From: Macrostomum lignano
Lineage: Eukaryota
DNA: 64,000 bases
Assembly: GCA_002269645.1 (NCBI GenBank)
Contig: NIVC01001509.1
Location: 186,001 to 250,000, forward strand
Direction of reading: 5' to 3'
Positions 56,729 to 64,000 of the stretch are shown here, in pieces (the stretch's first letter is position 1; the number at the start of each line of letters is the position of its first letter). A program made the position numbers and the translations under genes. Below the pieces are notes generated by a model. That model ran no database searches. It was given only the letters and a program-made list of their open reading frames with translations, and was not told the DNA's origin.

Positions 56729-57095
56729 TCCGAGAGAAACTTGAATGATAGTTTCACAGCAAAAGGACTAAACCGATAAACTCACACGTTTCGTTGCAAA
56801 TTATTGTCATTAACTAGTCAGTAAATTGTCCTAGGCAGCAAAATTCGAGTCAATGAAAGAAAGAGTTGGATTTGGAAGAGAGTATTCAACACTGCTGATA
56901 AAAGCAATCATCAACAGCGGAAGGAACAGTTTTACACGCAATAAAAATTCAAAACTGCTAATCGCAACGGGATAATCAGAATGTGAGCTAAGCGTAAATC
57001 AATCAATACTACTATTCGTAAAAGTAGTAATGTAACTAACGTTTTTATAGAACACAAATACCAAAATAACTAAATGGGCCACTCAGGCATAAGTA

Positions 57096-57486
57096 CAGGG
57101 TGTCCCACAAGTAACTCTACAACTTGTTTCGTGAATAACTTTGTGATTAATGCTTGGATCCCCACCAGATTCCAGCATAGGAAAATATATAGAAAAGGGA
57201 TTTCCTGACACCAAAAGCATGTTCATACGTTAAAAAATACAGTCCGTTCAGGGTCCTTCGATGTGGCCACCGCCGTTTGTAAGGCAGGCCTCCAGCCGCC
57301 GCGGAAAGTCCAGCAGGGCTTTGGTAAGCGTCTCAGGCGAAATCTGGGCCTGATATGAACATGCTTTTGGTGTCAAAAAAATCCCCCTTCTATATATTTT
57401 CCTATGCTAAAATCTGGTTGGGATCCAAGCATTCATCACAAAGCTATTCACGAAACAAGTTGTAAAGTTACTCATGGGACACCCTG
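57096..57486 (-). mobile_element. Tc1/mariner internal-deletion derivative with a transposase C-terminal remnant
   Basis: TA-flanked ~130-bp TIRs starting CAGGGTGTCCCA. The minus strand 57350-57253 encodes AQISPETLTKALLDFPRRLEACLTNGGGHIEG, a typical Tc1-family C-terminus. Confidence 0.9.
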
Positions 57487-58001
57487 TACTTAGTAAAACA
57501 GCTTTCTACTTTCAGTTCAGTAGCAAGGAAGAATACATAAGCTATTTTATAAAAATAAAGGCAGCTAAAATGACTTTGATAAGTTTAGAAGCCCCAAGCT
57601 TGCAGGCGTAAACAGCTTGCTAATTGGTTCAGCAATAATGTACATTGGCCAGTCCACTGAAATGTACATGGCAGCTTTAGGCTGGAATTCCGAGAAAGGC
57701 AATAAAAATTGGGGTGGGGCGGGGGCAGTGTGGAAAGGCGCGGTTGGAGGGTTTAAGCTGGGGGTAAGAGCCAATAAATGAGCCTTGGCTTTAAAAATGC
57801 ATTAAAATGCTTCAGTTTAACTTACTACTGAACTGAAAGTAGCTTGCACGCAAATGTGCTGAGTGGCCCATCCAGCCATTCTAGTATCTGTGTATAAGAT
57901 TTTAGGCTGCAATATAGCTAGTTTTAAAATAAAACAATACATTATTGCCTACTAACAAGTAGCAAAACAAGAGTATTATGAAGCCAAGTTAGTAGAACTG
58001 C

Positions 58002-58205
58002 TTAACCGGCCCCACCAGATAATTTCTTGATAACGCCGAGGCCCTGCTCCTGATACTCTTGGCGACTGATCCAGAACTTGTCGTCGTGGTCTTTCATTAT
58101 ATCGGCCAGTATAGCGCCGCCCAGGAACACCATGTGCTTGCGCCGGGGCGGGTCCTCTATGCGGATTTTGAACTTGCCCAGCCGGTCAGTGTCGCCTTTT
58201 AGTAC
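58002..58205 (-). CDS. ACTR2: Actin-related protein 2, exon 4
   Basis: VLKGD...[35 protein letters not shown]. Acceptor AAAG at 58206. Confidence 0.95.
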   Translation of the reverse strand, partial: VLKGDTDRLGKFKIRIEDPPRRKHMVFLGGAILADIMKDHDDKFWISRQEYQEQGLGVIKKLSGGAG

Positions 58206-58254
58206 CTTTGCAAATGGCATTGTGAAATATGCGTACTCTCTCTTAAATGTCTTC

Positions 58255-58835
58255 TCTCATCTATACAGCTTACCCTCTGATCTATACAGCTCACCCTCTG
58301 ATCTATACAGCTTACCCTCTGATCTATACAGCTCACCCTCTGATCTATACAGCTTACCCTCTGATCTATACAGTTCACCTACTGATCTATACAGCTCACC
58401 TTCTGATTTCTACAGCTCACCCTCTGATCTATACAGCTCACCGTCTGATCTATACAGCTTACCCTCTGATCTATACAGCTCACCTTCTGATCTATACAGC
58501 TCACCCTCTGATATATACAGCTTACCCTCTGATCTATACAGCTTACCCTCTGATCTATACAGCTCACCCTCTGATCTATACAGCTCACCCTCTGATCTAT
58601 ACAGCTCACCCTCTGATCTATACAGCTCACCCTCTGATCTATACAGCTCACCTTCTGATCTATACAGCTCACCTTCTGATCTATAGATCTCCCACTCTGA
58701 TCTATAGATCTCCCACTCTGATCTATAGATCTCCCACTCTGATCTATAGATCTCCCACTCTGATCTATACAGCTTACCCTCTAATCTCTAAATCTCTCAC
58801 TCTGATATCTACATCTCCCACTCTGATCTGTAAAT
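58255..58835. repeat. 21-bp minisatellite in Arp2 intron 3
   Basis: Unit AGCTCACCCTCTGATCTATAC. Confidence 0.95.
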
Positions 58836-58860
58836 CTCCCTCTCCGACCCTCCAGCTCAC

Positions 58861-59085
58861 CTGTTCCAAGTACAGCTGCTTCATCTCCCGCTCCAGCCTG
58901 CTGGGCAGACCCGGATACATGGTGGTGCCACCTGACAGCACAATCTTCTTATAGAACTCAGGTCTGATATCCATGTCGGCCTGCTGGATGGTGTTAAACA
59001 GCAGTTCGGCCACGCCTACTCCGTCAACATCGACCAGATGAGGCTGGAACAGAGCCTCTGGCGCTTGGAAACGCTCGCCGCTCAC
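58861..59085 (-). CDS. ACTR2: Actin-related protein 2, exon 3
   Basis: [15 protein letters not shown]...[31 protein letters not shown] acceptor, GTGAG donor, 225 nt. Confidence 0.95.
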
Positions 59086-59119
59086 CTGATTGATGGGGTG
59101 AGGGAGAGGTGGCGGAGAC

Positions 59120-59853
59120 ATAGTCAGACAATATGAACAAACCTGACACTGACACAGTGCCTGTCAGACAATACAAGCAAACCTGACACTGACACAGTGA
59201 CTGTCAGACAATATGAACAAACCTGACACTGACACAGTGACTGTCAGACAATATGAACAAACCTGACACTGACACAGTGCCTGTCAGACAATATGAACAA
59301 ACCTGACACTGACACAGTGCCTGTCAGACAATACAAGCAAACCTGACACTGACACAGTGCCTGTCAGACAATATGAACAAACCTGACACTGACACAGTGC
59401 CTGTCAGACAATACAAGCAAACCTGACACTGACACAGTGACTGTCAGACAATATGAACAAACCTGACACTGACACAGTGACTGTCAGACAATATGAACAA
59501 ACCTGACACTGACACAGTGCCTGTCAGACAATATGAACAAACCTGACACTGACACAGTGCCTGTCAGACAATACAAGCAAACCTGACACTGACACAGTGC
59601 CTGTCAGACAATATGAACAAACCTGACACTGACACAGTGCCTGTCAGACAATACAAGCAAACCTGACACTGACACAGTGACTGTCAGACAATATGAACAA
59701 ACCTGACACTGACACAGTGACTGTCAGACAATATGAACAAACCTGACACTGACACAGTGCCTGTCAGACAATATGAACAAACCTGACACTGACACAGTGC
59801 CTGTCAGACAATACAAGCAAACCTGACACTGACACAGTGCCTGTCAGACAATA
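59120..59853. repeat. 40-bp minisatellite in Arp2 intron 2
   Basis: Unit CTGTCAGACAATATGAACAAACCTGACACTGACACAGTGC, with an ATACAAGC variant. Confidence 0.95.
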
Positions 59854-59876
59854 CTCGATGAGCTAATGAAACTCAC

Positions 59877-60188
59877 CTTGATAACTCGACCGTCCGGCAG
59901 GGTGTACTTCTCTACTAGCACGGTGGTCTCGAGAGCCAGCCGCTCCTCCTGAGCAACATCGTAGGCCACGTAGCAGAGCCGCTCCTTGAGCTGTCGGATG
60001 GTCTCAAAATCTGCGCTAGCATTGAAAGCGTAGCCCCTGAGCAGCAGCAGCTTAATGAGGTAGCGGGTGATGTCCCGGCCGGCGATGTTTAATCGTTTAG
60101 TGAGGTGCGGCAGAGCGAAGCCGTCGTACACAGGGCAGATGTGCGTGACGCCGTCGCCTGAGTCAACAACAACGCCTGTTAGAAGGCC
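59877..60188 (-). CDS. ACTR2: Actin-related protein 2, exon 2
   Basis: [23 protein letters not shown]...[12 protein letters not shown] acceptor, GTGAGT donor, 312 nt. Confidence 0.95.
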
Positions 60189-60344
60189 CTGTGAGGTGTT
60201 GTTGTGTTTAACGATTACAATCAAACTGTGTATGTATTTTAAAGCATTGCTCCTATTATAGGAATATCAGGGCTAGTAGGATAGATCCTGGGATAGTCGG
60301 AATCCTTGGGATTTAGAAATCTAATTAATAGGAAATGGTGTGAT

Positions 60345-60875
60345 GGGAGAATTCTGGGATTGGGAATATTGGGATTAGGGAATCCGGGATTGTGGAATCC
60401 AGGGATTGGAGAATCCAGGGATTGGAGAATCCAGGGATTGGGGAATCCTGGGATTGGGGAATCCTGGGATTGGGGAATCCTGGGATTGGGGAATCCTGGG
60501 ATTGGGGAATCCAGGGATTGGGGAATCCTGGTATTTGGGAATCCTGGTATTTGGGAATCCAGGGATTAGGTAATCCGGGATTGGGGAATCCAAGGATTGG
60601 GGAATCCAGGGATTGGAGAATCCAGGGATTAGAGAATCCAGGGATTGGAGAATCCAGGGATTGGGGAATTTAGGGATTGGGGAATCCTGGGATTGGGGAA
60701 TCCTGGGATTGGGGAATCCTGGGATTGGGGAATCCAGGGATTGGGGAATCCTGGGATTGGGGAATCCTGGGATTGGGGAATCCAGGTATTGGGGAATCCT
60801 GGAATTGGGGAATCCTGGAATTGGGGAATCCTGGGATTGGGGAATCCTGGGATTGGGGAATCCTGGGATTGGGAG
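60345..60875. repeat. 16-bp minisatellite in Arp2 intron 1
   Basis: Unit GGGATTGGGGAATCCT. Confidence 0.95.
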
Positions 60876-60955
60876 AATCGTCTGAGAGCGGTATGGCTCA
60901 AAGGAGCCGTTACTCCCACCGTTTGGGAGTATCCGTTTGAACCAATATAGCCTAC

Positions 60956-61402
60956 CTGAGCGTAAAGAGTCAGGACAGCTTGAATCGCAACGTACACGCC
61001 AGAAAAGTTGTACTTTTCAAACATGGCTTCAATCATTCGCTCGCGATTCTTAGCCGGATTCATCGGCGGCTCAGTCAGGAGGATCTTTGTGTTCTGACAG
61101 TCTAAGTTCATCTTTTTCGGCCCGAACGTGTAATCATAAAGGTGGAGCATGTCTGTCCAGTTGCTCACAATGCCATTCTCCATTGGATAATTAACTTGTA
61201 GCATTTGGCGAACCTCGGCCGCCTCGTCACCAATCATGAGGTCGCGAACTTCAACGTCGCCAATGCGAGAGCTGCTTCTTAGAATCGGCCGGCCGACTAG
61301 CGAGGGGAAAATGTGCTCGGGGTAGTTGGCCCCGGCCCGGCCGCACTTCACAAATCCTGTGCCATTGTCGCACACAACCACATGACGGCCCTTGCTGTCC
61401 AT
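60956..61402 (-). CDS. ACTR2: Actin-related protein 2, exon 1
   Basis: [21 protein letters not shown]...LLTEPPMNP...VLTLYAQ. Donor GTAGG at 60955. The four exons total 1188 nt = 395 aa. Confidence 0.95.
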
Positions 61403-64000
61403 TGGCTCGAATGCTTATGCGTTATGCTTTAAATGTGGAAATAAGATTTACAAAGTTAACACTATGTACACTTACTTGAGTTGCAGTAAAGTCAATATGC
61501 CAATTTGGAAGAAGGCAATTGAGACATAGGCTAAATACTTAACCTAATTAAGTACATTACATTTTTTCCTGTGCATGAATATTTGTACACATTTTTCTTT
61601 GAACATTTCCTAAATTGAAAACCAGACATGCATCTATCACAAAACAATTTAATTAATTAATTTATATAATTTATTAACTATTTACTTTGAATTGGAATCA
61701 GAAAGTTGACAATCTAAATACCAAATAGTTACTTTGATGTGGGGCGAAGATTTGGAACAAGAGTTGAATATTAGTGTTGTGGCTTATAAAAAAGGAAAAA
61801 AATTAGGGATAAATAGGAATCAAAAAATTAGAGACTAGGAAGTTTGCATTTGAAAAGTTTAGTGTTAGGGTTAGGGGTTATGGGCTTGTAGCTCATAAAT
61901 GAGGGAGGGAATTAAGGATAGGAAAATATGTGGCATATCTTGAGGAAAAGCAGGGGTGCTTGAGCAGTAGCAAGCATATTGTGCTCAGATTGAGGCTTTG
62001 AGGCTTTAGGAAGAATTGGAGCATTAAGAATCAAGTTTATGGAACATGGATTTTAGGTGTGCTAATTTCTACAAACTTGAAAAGATGGGGTTGGCATCTG
62101 GTCTAAGTGCATTTCATTGGATAAGAAGATGCAAGCCTAGTGGTAGAAGGCTACTAAAAAGGAATAGGGCTAGAAATTAAATACCATGTACTTCAAACAA
62201 TGAATATAAACCTAGCTAGACATATCCACACACATTCAACCATAGTAAGTTAGGTATATTTTAGACTGAAATATTTGTGACCACAAATGAAATCAATTGC
62301 AAAATCTGCATTGTCCACTATACTATTAAAGTTGGCAACTTTGTTGGTTGGTTAAAATCATATTTTCTCTATGCTCTATATGAGCATTGAGCACTAATAT
62401 TATTTACCAATTTAATTGCTCCAATGATCAGAACAGCTCCTATGTGGCAAAAACTAGAAGGCACCTACACACCATAGTCCCAAGTATACACCATGCATGC
62501 AAGAATATATTTTGCTTGGCATACTGCACATGGGAGGGTTGGATCTAATCAACCTAGTGTGTGCCAATAGACTGGTAGACTGGAGGTTACAATATGCATG
62601 CACAAGGCTACAATAATTTTTTAATGTTGGAAAAAGCATTCAAAACTTTAAAACAAGACAGTGCAGATAAACAACACTTTAGAACTGCCTAAGAATAGGT
62701 CCTTGTTGCATATAAGAATTTCCTCTCAAAAATAGCATCTTTGGGAATATGGCCAATACTACACTAGAATTAGGGAGCATTAGTTCAAACCATTGGCAAT
62801 CTAAATCCATCTCTTAGAATGCAATATTTGCTTTAACTATAAACCTGAGAAATGATTTAAAGTCATTGACCACATTGCTTATTTGACTTTAAAACTTCAG
62901 ATTTAAAAAATACTATATAGTTTTTTCATCACAAATTATAACCATTAGCATAGTTTATGCTCTACTATATGTTAGTTGTTTTAGAATTTAAAAGCAGCTA
63001 TGTGAAAAATATAGAACTAAAAGTTTGTCACAGATTGCTTTTTGCAACCTTGTTCTATCTATTATGGTTCAAAATTTATAAGTGTAAAGTGCTTAAAGTT
63101 CAAAAACATGATAAGATCCTCTTGTATTCATAACCTATTTGCCCTATTGGAATAAGTTTTCAGACACTGTGGACAGTGCATCTAGTGCGCCATGGCAATC
63201 ATAAAGTGGCCTGGACGGTGCGTCATGACAATCTTCAAATCCTAAGGTGGTATGGACGATGTGTCATTCAAATCTTCAAATCCTAGGGTGCCATAGCACT
63301 CTAGGTTTAGGTGATATTGTGCATGACTCCAGTCTCTATCATGTTCATTCTGATGATGCATCACTCGTTTTTGAGAGATTTAAAGAGATTGAGAGAAAGT
63401 TGTGTGTTTTACCGCACTTGTGTTTTACTGCACTCTGTTCTGTACTGTACTTCTGCCCCCTTCTGTTGTAGTTGTATCTATTTCTTAATTCTTAGTCTAC
63501 TCGTCTTTTGACTTACAAAGTTACATTGTTGGTCTATTCAAAGAAAAATAAATAATGTAAATAGTGTGGCAATTGCATCAGTGAGTACTTAAAATAATTA
63601 CGAACACTGAAACCCTTTACTTCAATTTGGCTAATCGCTATTACTAAACACAAAATATTATATCAGTATGTACTACGTACAGTGTGCTTGAGTAACTGCT
63701 TAAGACATTCTCTGGACATAAGCAGTTGTACATGAGATGGATTCATCGTATGTGCACGTGCAATAGGAGTAAAATAGTGGGGGTAAATGTACGTGCAACT
63801 GCTTAAGGCAGAGGCGCAGTATATATAATTCAATATTTGGGGTGCATGCATGGCTGTCGCTGTCTGACAGACGCAAGCTTAAGACACAGACGTATGCTTA
63901 CATAACACTACAGTACTGGAGTTGTAAGTAACATCGGTACATGGGCAATACAGCAACCACAGGGCATCAGCAAAAGATTCAGCATGACAGCATGATCATA

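Overview
This is animal genomic DNA, not prokaryotic. It has GT-AG introns, GC-rich exons and a very high load of mini- and microsatellites. The overall style resembles a free-living flatworm such as Macrostomum, but that is inference only. Protein genes I could reconstruct with checked splice phases: NDUFB4 (2 exons, +), two divergently oriented rhodopsin-class peptide-receptor-like GPCRs (2 exons each), an InaF-motif microprotein, an orphan secreted Cys-rich protein, and Arp2 (4 exons, -). Mobile DNA: three non-LTR retrotransposon 3' fragments (RTE-like, RTEX-like, RNase-H-bearing Loa/I-like), two copies of a non-autonomous Helitron family, three hAT-type MITEs (two with exact 8-bp TSDs), two Tc1/mariner derivatives, and two tRNA-derived SINE families. 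About 20 different minisatellite arrays explain most long ORFs in the track. The most unusual signal is position-dependent cytosine loss. Two ~1.8-kb CpG deserts lie upstream of NDUFB4 and Arp2. Repeat copies in the left domain have lost CpG, and one shows RIP-like C>T/G>A changes in all contexts, while sister copies elsewhere in the window keep their cytosines. There is no CRISPR array, rRNA or intact tRNA. All counts are by hand.
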